From the NCBI GenBank assembly GCA_963661975.1, contig CAVLDN010000001.1, forward strand, positions 70,150-134,149: 64,000 bases of DNA, given 5' to 3'. Under the pieces are notes generated by a model. That model did no database searches. It was not told the DNA's origin and saw nothing but the letters and a program-made list of their open reading frames with translations. Both the position numbers and the translations under genes were made by a program. This document shows positions 8,770 to 17,630 of the stretch, piece by piece (within the stretch, counting starts at the first letter, position 1; each line of letters starts with the position of its first letter). This stretch comes from a bacterium. Lineage in GTDB: Bacteria > Bacillota > Clostridia > Oscillospirales > CAG-382.

Positions 8770-9309
8770 ATGAAAAGAATAACGATCAGATCGCTTTCCG
8801 TACTGCTCGCCCTGCTCATCGCACTGACTCTTTCCGTTTGCGCTCTTGCGGACGGCGAATCCTCGGACACCGCAGAGGAATCCTCCGCGGCTGAATCTTC
8901 TGCCGAAGGATCTTCCGAAGCCGAATCCGAAGCCGCAGAATCGAGCGACGCGGAAGCTTCCTCCGAAGCCGAATCGAGTGCTGCCGAATCCTCTGCAGCT
9001 GCAGCGGACGAAGCCGAGACTGCTTCGAACTTCCCCTGGGCAAGAGTCATCACTCTCATTGTGATCGTCGTGCTTATCGTCGCAGCGATTATTCTTTCCA
9101 AAACGCCGACAGCGCTTGGTCAGAAGATCGCGAAATTCTTCCGCGATTATAAGAGCGAAGTTCAGAAGATAGTCTGGTTCTCTTTCAAGGATACCATGAA
9201 GGCAACCGGCGTCGTTCTGGTAACGATCCTCATCTTTGCAGTTGTTATCGGTTTGCTTGACTTCGGCTTTACCGAGATCATCAAACTGCTTGCGAACATC
9301 ACTAAATAA
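8770..9309 (+). CDS. secE: preprotein translocase subunit SecE with a long N-terminal extension
   Basis: The C-terminal ~60 aa (KIAKFFRDYKSEVQKIVWFSFKDTMKATGVVLVTILIFAVVIGLLDFGF) is a typical SecE, and the gene sits between rpmG and nusG. The N-terminal 115 aa adds two hydrophobic segments and an acidic Ser/Glu/Ala low-complexity stretch. Confidence 0.85.
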   Translation: MKRITIRSLSVLLALLIALTLSVCALADGESSDTAEESSAAESSAEGSSEAESEAAESSDAEASSEAESSAAESSAAAADEAETASNFPWARVITLIVIVVLIVAAIILSKTPTALGQKIAKFFRDYKSEVQKIVWFSFKDTMKATGVVLVTILIFAVVIGLLDFGFTEIIKLLANITK

Positions 9310-9324
9310 AAGGAACGGTCAGTT

Positions 9325-9861
9325 ATGAGTTTACCCCAGGAAAGCACTCCGATGTGGTACATCGTCCACACCTACACGGGCTACGAAAACAAAGTTGCGG
9401 CGAATCTCGAAAAAATCGTAGAGAACCGCGGGCTTGAAAAACTTATCCTTGCGGTAAGCGTACCTGTCGAAAAGGTCACGGAGACCACCGAAAAGGGTGA
9501 AAAGGAAATCGAAAGAAAACTGTTCCCCAGCTATGTGCTCGTCAAAATGGTCATGAACGACGAAACATGGCACATTGTCCGCAACACTATCGGTGTTACC
9601 GGCTTTGTCGGGCCGGGATCGCGCCCCGTGGCGCTTACTCCGGACGAGGTCGAACGCATCGGTGTTGAGGTCAGGACCATCGAAATCAAATTTGCCGTGG
9701 GCGACAGTGTCCGCATCACCGACGGGCCTCTTGCGGGCTTTGTCGCAATAGTGGATGAAATATCCCCCGACAAAAAGAAGGTCAGCGTTACCGCTTCCCT
9801 GTTCGGCAGAGAAACCAAAGTCGAGCTGAACAGCAATCAGGTTGCGGCTATCGAAGACTGA
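9325..9861 (+). CDS. nusG: transcription termination/antitermination factor NusG
   Basis: 178 aa, WYIVHTYTGYENKV, KOW motif GDSVRITDGPLAGFVAIVDEI. Confidence 0.96.
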   Translation: MSLPQESTPMWYIVHTYTGYENKVAANLEKIVENRGLEKLILAVSVPVEKVTETTEKGEKEIERKLFPSYVLVKMVMNDETWHIVRNTIGVTGFVGPGSRPVALTPDEVERIGVEVRTIEIKFAVGDSVRITDGPLAGFVAIVDEISPDKKKVSVTASLFGRETKVELNSNQVAAIED

Positions 9862-9988
9862 CACAGACGCTTTCGCAGCGGTAATTGCCAATCGCAGCGG
9901 AAGGCTTTACACGCACAAAGGCGTGCGAAGGAAAGTGGGAGGGACAAGATCCCGAAATTAAATTACCACATGGAGGTGTATATCTGAA

Positions 9989-10414
9989 ATGGCAAAAAAA
10001 GTAGTAGGCTACATCAAGCTTCAAATCCCCGCAGGTAAAGCTACCCCGCAGCCGCCGATCGGCCCTGCCCTCGGTCAGTACGGTGTTGCTATCCCTATGT
10101 TCACCAAAGAGTTCAACGAACGCACCAAGAATGACATCGGCCTTATAATACCCGTCGTCATCACCGTTTATGCGGACCGTTCGTTCAGCTTCATTACAAA
10201 GACTCCTCCCGCAGCCGTTCTTATAAAGAAGGCATGCGGTATCGAGAAGGGTTCCGGCGTTCCCCAGGCCAACAAGGTCGCGCAGATCACGAAGGAACAG
10301 ATCAGGAAGATCGCCGAAACCAAAATGCCCGACCTTAACGCCGCAAGCGTGGAATCCGCGATGAGCATGATCGCCGGCACCGCTCGCAGCATGGGCGTTG
10401 TAGTCGTTGACTGA
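9989..10414 (+). CDS. rplK: 50S ribosomal protein L11
   Basis: 141 aa, [24 protein letters not shown]. Confidence 0.97.
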   Translation: MAKKVVGYIKLQIPAGKATPQPPIGPALGQYGVAIPMFTKEFNERTKNDIGLIIPVVITVYADRSFSFITKTPPAAVLIKKACGIEKGSGVPQANKVAQITKEQIRKIAETKMPDLNAASVESAMSMIAGTARSMGVVVVD

Positions 10415-10428
10415 GGAGGGCTTTTAAG

Positions 10429-11124
10429 ATGAAAAGAGGAAAGAATTATAAGGCAGCCGTAGCTGCCATCGACAAGAGCAGGCTTTACGACAGCAACGAG
10501 GCGCTCGGCCTTGTTTGCGATCTTTCCAAAGCTAAGTTCGATGAGACCGTTGAGGTCCATGTACGTCTGGGCGTTGACTCGCGTCACGCAGACCAGCAGG
10601 TCCGCGGCGCCGTCGTACTTCCCAACGGCACAGGCAAAACCGTTCGCACCCTTGTTTTCGCAAAGGGCGATAAGGCAAAGGCAGCCGAAGAGGCAGGCGC
10701 AGATTATGTCGGCGCAGAAGATTACGTTCAGAAGATCCAGCACGAAAACTGGTTCGATTTCGACGTCATCATCGCTTCTCCGGACATGATGGGTATGATC
10801 GGTCGCTTGGGTAAGATACTCGGCCCGAAAGGACTCATGCCGAACCCCAAGGCAGGCACCGTTACTCCGGATGTCGCAAAGGCCGTTACCGAAGCGAAAG
10901 CCGGTAAGATCGAATACCGTCTTGACAAGACCAACATCATTCACTGCCCGATCGGCAAAGTCAGCTTCGGCGGTGAAAAGCTTGCTGAAAACTTCGACAC
11001 CCTTCTCGGCGCTATCATAAAGGCAAAGCCCGCCGCAGCAAAGGGCCAGTATATCAAGTCCTGCGTCGTCACATCCACCATGGGCCCCGGCCTCAAGGTC
11101 AATGCGGCGAAGCTCGGCAACTAA
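10429..11124 (+). CDS. rplA: 50S ribosomal protein L1
   Basis: 231 aa, [35 protein letters not shown]. Confidence 0.97.
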   Translation: MKRGKNYKAAVAAIDKSRLYDSNEALGLVCDLSKAKFDETVEVHVRLGVDSRHADQQVRGAVVLPNGTGKTVRTLVFAKGDKAKAAEEAGADYVGAEDYVQKIQHENWFDFDVIIASPDMMGMIGRLGKILGPKGLMPNPKAGTVTPDVAKAVTEAKAGKIEYRLDKTNIIHCPIGKVSFGGEKLAENFDTLLGAIIKAKPAAAKGQYIKSCVVTSTMGPGLKVNAAKLGN

Positions 11125-11139
11125 AATTGCAAAAACCTA

Positions 11140-11168
11140 TTGACAAATCACTTTTCCGGTGATATAAT
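11140..11168 (+). promoter_or_regulatory. sigma-A type promoter of rplJL
   Basis: TTGACA (11140-11145), 17-nt spacer, TGaTATAAT (11160-11168). Confidence 0.6.
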
Positions 11169-11174
11169 CAAAAG

Positions 11175-11342
11175 GTCGAATTTCCAAAGACAGTAGGCAC
11201 ATCGGGTTCAAAGGTCATCAGACCGCCTGCCGAGGAGATATTCGGTTAAGTATTTATATGCTTTTCCGCGCTCCTTTGCAGCCCGTCTGCGAAGGAGCGT
11301 TTTTTACCCCCTTCCCCACCCGATGCGCAAATAAATACGGAG
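11175..11342 (+). promoter_or_regulatory. ribosomal protein L10 leader (rplJ autoregulatory leader)
   Basis: ~170-nt structured leader between the promoter and rplJ, ending in an intrinsic terminator. The architecture matches the Firmicutes L10 leader attenuator. No covariance-model search was run. Confidence 0.6.
11269..11305 (+). terminator. attenuator terminator inside the L10 leader
   Basis: CGCTCCTT/AAGGAGCG outer stem plus GCAG/CTGC inner stem, followed by TTTTTT (11300-11305), 47 nt before the rplJ start. Confidence 0.7.
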
Positions 11343-11351
11343 GTGTACAAT

Positions 11352-11894
11352 TTGGCAAACGCAACCATTCTCGAACAGAAGCAAAAGATCGTTTCCGACC
11401 TTGCCGAGAGAATGAAAAACGCTTCCTCCGGCATAGTCGTCAACTATCAGGGTATAACCGTTGAAGACGACACGAAGCTCCGTGAAGAGCTCCGCAAAGC
11501 CGGCGTTCGTTATGAAGTCGTTAAGAACACCCTTACTTCCAAGGCGTGCGATATCATCGGCTTCGAAAAGATCAAGGAATCGCTTTCCGGCATGACGGCT
11601 CTCGCAACCAGCGAAACCGATCCCGTTGCTCCCGCAAAGATCCTCGCGGCATACGCAAAGGATCACGAAAACTTTGTTCTTAAAGCAGGTTTTGTCGACG
11701 GAGAATTCCTCGATGAAGCAGGCGTAAAGGATCTCGCCGATACTCCTTCCAAGGAAGTCCTTATCGGTCGTCTTATGGGCTCTCTCCAGTCCTCGCTGTA
11801 TGGCTTCGCTTATGCGATCCAGGCCATCATCGACAAGCAGGAAGGCCCGTCCGAAGAAGCCGCTCCCGCAGAGGAAGCTGCTCCCGCAGAGTAA
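11352..11894 (+). CDS. rplJ: 50S ribosomal protein L10
   Basis: The track start at 11343 (GTG) overlaps the SD GGAGG (11339-11343). TTG at 11352 sits 8 nt after the SD and gives MANATILEQKQKIVSDL... The C-terminus has an acidic/Pro tail. Confidence 0.93.
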   Translation: MANATILEQKQKIVSDLAERMKNASSGIVVNYQGITVEDDTKLREELRKAGVRYEVVKNTLTSKACDIIGFEKIKESLSGMTALATSETDPVAPAKILAAYAKDHENFVLKAGFVDGEFLDEAGVKDLADTPSKEVLIGRLMGSLQSSLYGFAYAIQAIIDKQEGPSEEAAPAEEAAPAE

Positions 11895-11927
11895 TTCAAC
11901 ACATCTAAAATACGGAGGAAAATCAAA

Positions 11928-12299
11928 ATGGAAAAACTCAATCAGATTCTTGACCTCATCGACGGTCTTACCATTCTCGAACTCAAAGATCTCGTAAAAG
12001 CACTCGAAGAAAAGTACGGCGTTTCCGCTGCTCCCGTTGCAGTTGCTGCCGCTCCCGGCGCTCCTGTTGCAGAAGTTGAAGAAAAGACCGAATTCGATGT
12101 CGAACTCACCTCTTACGACGAAGCTGCAAAGCTCAAAGTCATCAAGGCTGTCAAGGAAATCACCGGCCTCGGACTCGGCGAAGCAAAGGAAATCGTTGTC
12201 GGCGCTCCCAAGATGGTCAAGACCGGCGTTTCCAAGGAAGAAGCCGATGCTCTCAAGACTCAGCTCGAAGAAGCCGGTGCAAAAGTCACCATCAAATAA
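11928..12299 (+). CDS. rplL: 50S ribosomal protein L7/L12
   Basis: 123 aa, Ala-rich hinge, ...[20 protein letters not shown]... Confidence 0.97.
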   Translation: MEKLNQILDLIDGLTILELKDLVKALEEKYGVSAAPVAVAAAPGAPVAEVEEKTEFDVELTSYDEAAKLKVIKAVKEITGLGLGEAKEIVVGAPKMVKTGVSKEEADALKTQLEEAGAKVTIK

Positions 12300-12321
12300 G
12301 CATTTCGGAACATATCCGAAA

Positions 12322-12354
12322 AGAGAGAAGCGTTTCGCGCTTCTCTCTTTTTTT
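12322..12354 (+). terminator. intrinsic terminator after rplL
   Basis: AGAGAGAAGCG/CGCTTCTCTCT 11-bp stem, TTTCG loop, T-run. Confidence 0.85.
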
Positions 12355-12429
12355 GTCGGCAAAAGCCGGACGCCGGATACGCAAAAGAAAGCGGGCACCG
12401 CACGGGTACCCGCTTTGCAGATTGAATTA

Positions 12430-14274
12430 TCAGCCGTTGACTTTTGCTTTTTTGATCTTGCTTTCCGCCTTCATGCGCAGTTCTTTGTTGAGTATACGCT
12501 TGCGCAGGCGTATGGATTTCGGTGTCACTTCGATAAGCTCATCATCCGCGATAAACTCGATTGCTTCCTCAAGCGAGAATATTATCGGCGGTGTGAGTAT
12601 GAGTTTTTCATCCGCGCCGGAGGAACGGATGGCGGTGAGGTGCTTCTGCTTGCAGGGGTTTATCGCGATATCCTCATTCTTCGGGTTGATCCCGACGATC
12701 ATACCCTCGTACACCTTCACGCCGGGGCCGACAAACAAATTGCCGCGTTCCTGGGAATTGTAGCAGCCGTAGGAGGTCGTTTCGCCATCCTCGCTTGCAA
12801 CAAGCGATCCGGTGAAGCGGACCTGTATATCGCCCTTGTAAGGCTTGTAGCCCTCAAAAACGGAATTGAGTATGCCGTCGCCTCTTGTCTGCGACATGAA
12901 CATACTGCGGTAGCCGAGCAGGCAGCGCGCGGGAATGGAATATTCAATGCGCGTTCTTGTGCCGGCGGTATTCGGGTTCATAGAGAGCAGCTCGCCCTTG
13001 CGGCGCCCGAGCTCCTCGATAACGGTGCCGATATAATCATTGGGAACATCGGCATCGACAAGCTCAAACGGTTCGCATTTGACACCGTCGATATCCTTGT
13101 AAAGCACGCGGGGCGTGGAGCAGCAAAGCTCGAAGCCTTCGCGGCGCATTGTTTCAATAAGTATGGAAAGGTGCATTTCACCGCGCCCTGCGACCTTGAA
13201 GCAATCGGTGGTTTCACCGTCGCTCACACGGAGCGAAACATCCTTCAAAAGTTCCTTATAGAGCCTGTCGCGAAGCTGACGGGAGGTAACATACTTCCCC
13301 TCTCTGCCCGCAAACGGAGAATCGTTTACGGAGAATGTCATTTCCATTGTCGGTTCGCCGACCTTGATGAACTCGATCGGTTCGGGGCAATCGACGGCGG
13401 TAACGGTATCGCCGATGGTAATTGCCTCCGCCCCGGAGAAGCAGACGATGTCGCCCATATACGCAGACTGAACGGGAATACGGTTGAGGCCGTCTATCTG
13501 ATAAAGCGAAACAATCTTGGTTTTCTTGGGAGATTCGGTGGAATGGAAGTTGGTTATGAGAACCTCCTGCCCCTGCTTTATGCAGCCGCGCTCAATCCTG
13601 CCGATACCGATTCTGCCGACATATTCGTTATAGTCGATTGATGAAACAAGAAGCTGAAGGGGGCCTTCCGGATCGCCTTCGGGTGCGGGGATATGCTCGA
13701 GTATCGCATCGAAAAGCGGACGCAAATCCGCGCCCTTTTCGTAGGGCGATATCGAGGCGGTGCCGTCGCGTCCGGAGCAGAAAAGTGTCGGGCTTTCGAG
13801 TTGTTCGTCGCTTGCGTCAAGATCGATAAGAAGCTCGAGTATTTCATCCATAACTTCGCTTATGCGCGCGTCCGCACGGTCGATCTTGTTGACAACGACA
13901 ATTACCTTGTGGTTCAGTTCCAAAGCCTTTTGAAGCACAAAGCGTGTCTGCGGCATGGGGCCTTCCGCGGCATCAACAAGCAGAATGACGCCGTTGACCA
14001 TCTTCAATATGCGTTCCACCTCGCCGCTGAAATCAGCGTGGCCCGGGGTGTCGATAATGTTGATCTTAACATCCTTGTAGTGGATTGCGGTGTTTTTTGC
14101 AAGTATGGTGATACCGCGCTCGCGTTCGAGAGCATTGTTGTCCATAACGCGATCCTCGGTGACCTGATTCTCGCGGAATACGCCGCCCTGTTTGAGCATT
14201 TCATCGACAAGGGTTGTCTTACCGTGGTCGACGTGCGCAATAATGGCGATGTTTCTTAAATCTTCTCTTACCAC
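12430..14274 (-). CDS. typA: translational GTPase TypA/BipA
   Basis: 614 aa, [29 protein letters not shown]. Confidence 0.96.
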   Translation of the reverse strand: MVREDLRNIAIIAHVDHGKTTLVDEMLKQGGVFRENQVTEDRVMDNNALERERGITILAKNTAIHYKDVKINIIDTPGHADFSGEVERILKMVNGVILLVDAAEGPMPQTRFVLQKALELNHKVIVVVNKIDRADARISEVMDEILELLIDLDASDEQLESPTLFCSGRDGTASISPYEKGADLRPLFDAILEHIPAPEGDPEGPLQLLVSSIDYNEYVGRIGIGRIERGCIKQGQEVLITNFHSTESPKKTKIVSLYQIDGLNRIPVQSAYMGDIVCFSGAEAITIGDTVTAVDCPEPIEFIKVGEPTMEMTFSVNDSPFAGREGKYVTSRQLRDRLYKELLKDVSLRVSDGETTDCFKVAGRGEMHLSILIETMRREGFELCCSTPRVLYKDIDGVKCEPFELVDADVPNDYIGTVIEELGRRKGELLSMNPNTAGTRTRIEYSIPARCLLGYRSMFMSQTRGDGILNSVFEGYKPYKGDIQVRFTGSLVASEDGETTSYGCYNSQERGNLFVGPGVKVYEGMIVGINPKNEDIAINPCKQKHLTAIRSSGADEKLILTPPIIFSLEEAIEFIADDELIEVTPKSIRLRKRILNKELRMKAESKIKKAKVNG

Positions 14275-14316
14275 TTCAGTTATTCTCCGGATATATAAAA
14301 ATTTTTGAATTCTGTT

Positions 14317-14901
14317 TTATAAGCGCTTTTCGGTTTTGGCAACCGCGGTGCAGACCGCGGGAGATATGAGCAATGTTGTTGCAAACTCAAACAGGAAATT
14401 CACACCCACAAGCCCGAGTATTACAAAGCTGAAAACATTGCTTCCGCCGGCTGCTTCGTAAAGATTATCGCGGAAGAGTGTCGAATAGCCGAGCACGAAT
14501 ACAAGCGTATTGAAAAACGGTGCGGAGGCCGCGGTGATAAAATAGCACAGAACGCGCTTTTTGCCGGCAAACAGATCCGCGACAACGCCGACAAGCAGCC
14601 CTGCCAGTGCGCCGCGCACGGCGGACACTACGAATGTAAAGAACGGATTGACCTGAAGCAATATCGCGCCGCCCGCATCTATGCCCATAAGGCACTGTGC
14701 AAAGACCGTCAGACCGAATACTCCGCCGATGATCGCACCGCCCTTTTTGCCGCAGAACACGGCGGCGGCAACGACGGGAACCATTGCGAACGAGAAGCGG
14801 AACTGACCGATTGCCGGAATGACGACCGCAAGCATCTGAAGAACGAATGTTACGGCGGAAAGCAGCGCAAGAAACACAAGCTGCCTTCTGTTTGTTTTCA
14901 T
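14317..14901 (-). CDS. ECF-transporter S-component-like membrane protein (substrate unknown)
   Basis: Start moved to the ATG at 14901 (MKTNRRQLVFLALLSAV...), which has a GGAGGT SD. About 6 TM segments, Gly-rich, with no adjacent EcfAAT genes. Confidence 0.6.
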   Translation of the reverse strand: MKTNRRQLVFLALLSAVTFVLQMLAVVIPAIGQFRFSFAMVPVVAAAVFCGKKGGAIIGGVFGLTVFAQCLMGIDAGGAILLQVNPFFTFVVSAVRGALAGLLVGVVADLFAGKKRVLCYFITAASAPFFNTLVFVLGYSTLFRDNLYEAAGGSNVFSFVILGLVGVNFLFEFATTLLISPAVCTAVAKTEKRL

Positions 14902-15060
14902 AATGATACCTCCGTTGCGGAACAACCCGCATAGCGACTCATTGTAAACCTTCTTCAGTTTTGTATTATACACAAAAATCCCCGTGTTGCAATGTGCATA
15001 ATAAATAATTTTTTGCGCTCCGCCATTTTCCTCTTTATTTTATCGTACAATAGTGATATA

Positions 15061-16470
15061 ATGACACGGGTGAATTTCAAGTCGGATTTACGGAGGAGAA
15101 CCGTTTTGGGGATAAATGATCTGAAAAAAGGCGCACGCCTTTATTTTCTCGGCATCGGCGGGGTGAGTATGTCTGCCATTGCATTGATACTTTCCGCCCG
15201 CGGATATACCGTTGCAGGGTACGACCGCGCTTCGGGGCCCGCAACGGATGCACTGATCGAAAAAGGGATAGATGTCAGCTTTGATTTCAACCCGTCTGTT
15301 CTTGCGTCATTTGATGCCGTTGTATACTCGGCGGCGTTCGGAAGCGAACATCCCGTCATGAAGCAGACCGTTGCCGCGGGAATACCGCTTATTTCCCGTG
15401 CGGAGATGCTCGGCCATGTTGCGGAGCACCATGCAAATTCGGTAGCTGTTGCGGGGACACACGGCAAATCCACTACAAGCGGACTGCTCGGCCACATCTT
15501 TATCAACGCGGCGGGCTGCGATCCGACGGTCATTGTCGGCGCGACAATGCGCGATGTCAACTCCGCATACCGTATCGGCAGCGACGAAAACTTCATTTAC
15601 GAAGCCTGCGAATACAAGGACAGTTTTCTTTCTTTCTTCCCGCACGCTTCCGTTGTGCTGAACATATCGCTCGATCATACCGATTATTTCCGTAGCATGG
15701 AACAGCTGCGGATGTCCTTCACCCGGTTCATGAACAACTGCGATTCGGACGGATACGCACTTTACAACCTCGATTGCGAAAACTGCATACGCGCCGCGGA
15801 AGGTGTTGCGAAGCGCAAGGTCACATTCAGTGCCGAAGGCAGCGAAAATGCCGATTACCGCGCCGTGAATATAAAGTCCGAAAAGGGGCTTCACGAATAT
15901 GATGTGTACCGCGGCAGTGAGTTCCTTGTGCACCTCTCTCTTTCCGTACCGGGGGTGCATAATGTGGCCGATTCGCTTGCCGCAGCCGCTGTCTGCGATA
16001 TGAGCGGGATATCCCCGCGTAACATAGCGGACGGTGTAAAGAGCTTTTACGGCGTGGGCAGGCGGTTCGAGCGTGTGGGCGAGGCGAACGGTGCGATTGT
16101 TTATGACGATTACGCCCACCATCCGGACGAGATAAAAGCCACGCTTTCCGCCGCAAAGCAGCTTGCGGGCGGCAGCCGCGTGATATGCGTTTTCCAGCCG
16201 CACAATTATTCGCGGCTGCACGATCTTTACCCGGAATTCACGAAAGCCTTTACCTATGCGGATGAGCTGTATCTCTGCCCGCTTTATGCCGCGCGCGGAA
16301 CCTGCGGAACGGAGGTATCATCCGAAACGCTTGCGCGCGATGCGGGCGGCACATATTGCGATTCGTTTGAAAAAGCCAAAGCGTATGTCATGAACTCTGC
16401 GCGGAAGGGCGATATCGTGATAATTATGGGCGCCGGAGACATATATAAGCTCTCCGAAAGCTTCAGATGA
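15061..16470 (+). CDS. murC: UDP-N-acetylmuramate--L-alanine ligase
   Basis: GIGGVSMSAIA and AGTHGKSTT motifs. The start is uncertain: ATG at 15061, or TTG at 15106 which has a GGAGGA SD. Confidence 0.92.
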   Translation: MTRVNFKSDLRRRTVLGINDLKKGARLYFLGIGGVSMSAIALILSARGYTVAGYDRASGPATDALIEKGIDVSFDFNPSVLASFDAVVYSAAFGSEHPVMKQTVAAGIPLISRAEMLGHVAEHHANSVAVAGTHGKSTTSGLLGHIFINAAGCDPTVIVGATMRDVNSAYRIGSDENFIYEACEYKDSFLSFFPHASVVLNISLDHTDYFRSMEQLRMSFTRFMNNCDSDGYALYNLDCENCIRAAEGVAKRKVTFSAEGSENADYRAVNIKSEKGLHEYDVYRGSEFLVHLSLSVPGVHNVADSLAAAAVCDMSGISPRNIADGVKSFYGVGRRFERVGEANGAIVYDDYAHHPDEIKATLSAAKQLAGGSRVICVFQPHNYSRLHDLYPEFTKAFTYADELYLCPLYAARGTCGTEVSSETLARDAGGTYCDSFEKAKAYVMNSARKGDIVIIMGAGDIYKLSESFR

Positions 16471-16501
16471 CGACATTTTTCGTCCAAAAGCAAAAAAAGG
16501 C

Positions 16502-16530
16502 TTGACAAAGTCCCAAAAATGTTATATAGT
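16502..16530 (+). promoter_or_regulatory. sigma-A type promoter of rpmB
   Basis: TTGACA, 17-nt spacer, TATAGT. Confidence 0.55.
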
Positions 16531-16572
16531 AAATTGTTCGATTTTTTACGGAGTATTATGGAGGTGGAATAA

Positions 16573-16761
16573 ATGGCAAAGTGTTCGGTTTGCGGAAAGG
16601 GCGTTACCTTCGGTTGCAACGTTTCCCATTCTCACAGGAAAACCAACAGAAGCTGGAAGCCCAACATCAGGAAGGTCAAAGCAAACCTTAACGGCACCGT
16701 GAAGCATGTATATGTTTGCTCCCGTTGCCTCAGAAGCGGCAAGGTCACCCGCGCCGTCTGA
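16573..16761 (+). CDS. rpmB: 50S ribosomal protein L28
   Basis: 62 aa, MAKCSVCGKGVTFGCNVSHSHRKTNRSWKPNIRKV... Confidence 0.95.
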   Translation: MAKCSVCGKGVTFGCNVSHSHRKTNRSWKPNIRKVKANLNGTVKHVYVCSRCLRSGKVTRAV

Positions 16762-16770
16762 CCAATCTGC

Positions 16771-16812
16771 AAAACAAAAGAGCAGCTGCAACAAAGCGGC
16801 TGCTTTTGTTTT
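16771..16812 (+). terminator. intrinsic terminator after rpmB
   Basis: AAAACAAAAG-GCAGC ... GCTGC-TTTTGTTTT hairpin. Confidence 0.75.
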
Positions 16813-16855
16813 AATTTCAAGTTTCCGGTCGGCGATGTTTATCCGGGGGAGATGC

Positions 16856-17443
16856 TCACCGCAGGCGGCGCAGTGCTACATATTCATCGGCAGTCAGTGA
16901 ATAGTGCGCGATATTGCGAAGCACGCCCTTGATTTCCATTTCGTCTTCACAGACTTTTTTGAGCTTGTATCCGACGCGCTCCGCCAGCCTGCGCGAAGGG
17001 GCATTTTCGGCAATGATGCGAAGGCGCGCCTCACGGATGCCGAGGGTATCAAAGGCAAGCTCCGTCACGGCGGAGAGCGCCTCTGTCATGTATCCCTTTC
17101 CCTGCTCCCACGGAGCAAGCACATAGCCTATCTCGCACCATTCGTTTTCGCTGTCTATATAAGCAAATCCGCAGGTGCCGATCATGCGGCCGTCGGATCT
17201 TTTCGCAACAGTCCAATCGCAGTAAAGCCCGCGGCGGCAGCGCTTGCGAAGCGATTCGATATAGCCCTCTGTCTGAAAGCGGTTGATGTGCGGCTCCCAA
17301 AGAAGGTATTTGCAGACCTCCGGAAGCGAGGCATAGGCATACATATCATCGGTATCGGATAATTCCGGCTCGCGCACCGTCAAACGCGCGGTTTGAAGCG
17401 GCAGAGCCCTCATCAGTTTTTTTCGTACAGATCGTTCGTTCAT
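16856..17443 (-). CDS. GNAT family N-acetyltransferase (RimJ/RimL-like)
   Basis: Start moved to the ATG at 17443 (GGAGA SD). ...WCEIGYVLAPWEQGKGYMTEALSAVTELAFDTLGIREARLRIIAENAPSRRLAERVGYK. Confidence 0.85.
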   Translation of the reverse strand: MNERSVRKKLMRALPLQTARLTVREPELSDTDDMYAYASLPEVCKYLLWEPHINRFQTEGYIESLRKRCRRGLYCDWTVAKRSDGRMIGTCGFAYIDSENEWCEIGYVLAPWEQGKGYMTEALSAVTELAFDTLGIREARLRIIAENAPSRRLAERVGYKLKKVCEDEMEIKGVLRNIAHYSLTADEYVALRRLR

Positions 17444-17559
17444 GGCAATTTCTCCGTTTGATAATGATAACACCGTTTGCCCGATTTTTCAACCCGGAAG
17501 GCGCAACCGGAGGAAAAAAATTTTTAACTTCCGCAGCCGCCACAATTACTATATTTGCC

Positions 17560-17588
17560 TTGACATAACGGCTTTCGGGATGTATAAT
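17560..17588 (+). promoter_or_regulatory. sigma-A type promoter of the lipoprotein gene
   Basis: TTGACA, 17-nt spacer, TGtTATAAT. Confidence 0.6.
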
Positions 17589-17630
17589 GACAATATGCAT
17601 AAATACTTGGCTATTAGGAGGACCCGCCTT

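Noticed and set aside
8770-8850. Possible lipoprotein signal (LSVC) at the N-terminus of the extended SecE.
   Set aside because: Val at position -1 of the lipobox is atypical, and an ALA-D signal peptidase I site or an uncleaved TM helix is equally possible. No lipoprotein call was made.
9862-9988. Possible L1-binding leader upstream of rplK-rplA.
   Set aside because: Only a small hairpin (CGCAC-aaagg-CGTGCG) and a GGGAGGGA stretch are visible. I cannot match the 23S-mimic L1 site by eye, so it is not called.
14902-14992. Possible riboswitch (e.g. preQ1-type) in the leader of the ECF S-component gene.
   Set aside because: The leader is only ~60 nt and holds one small hairpin (gcgg-gttgtt-ccgc) next to the SD. 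I saw no match to the preQ1, THF, TPP or other aptamer cores that I can recognise by eye.
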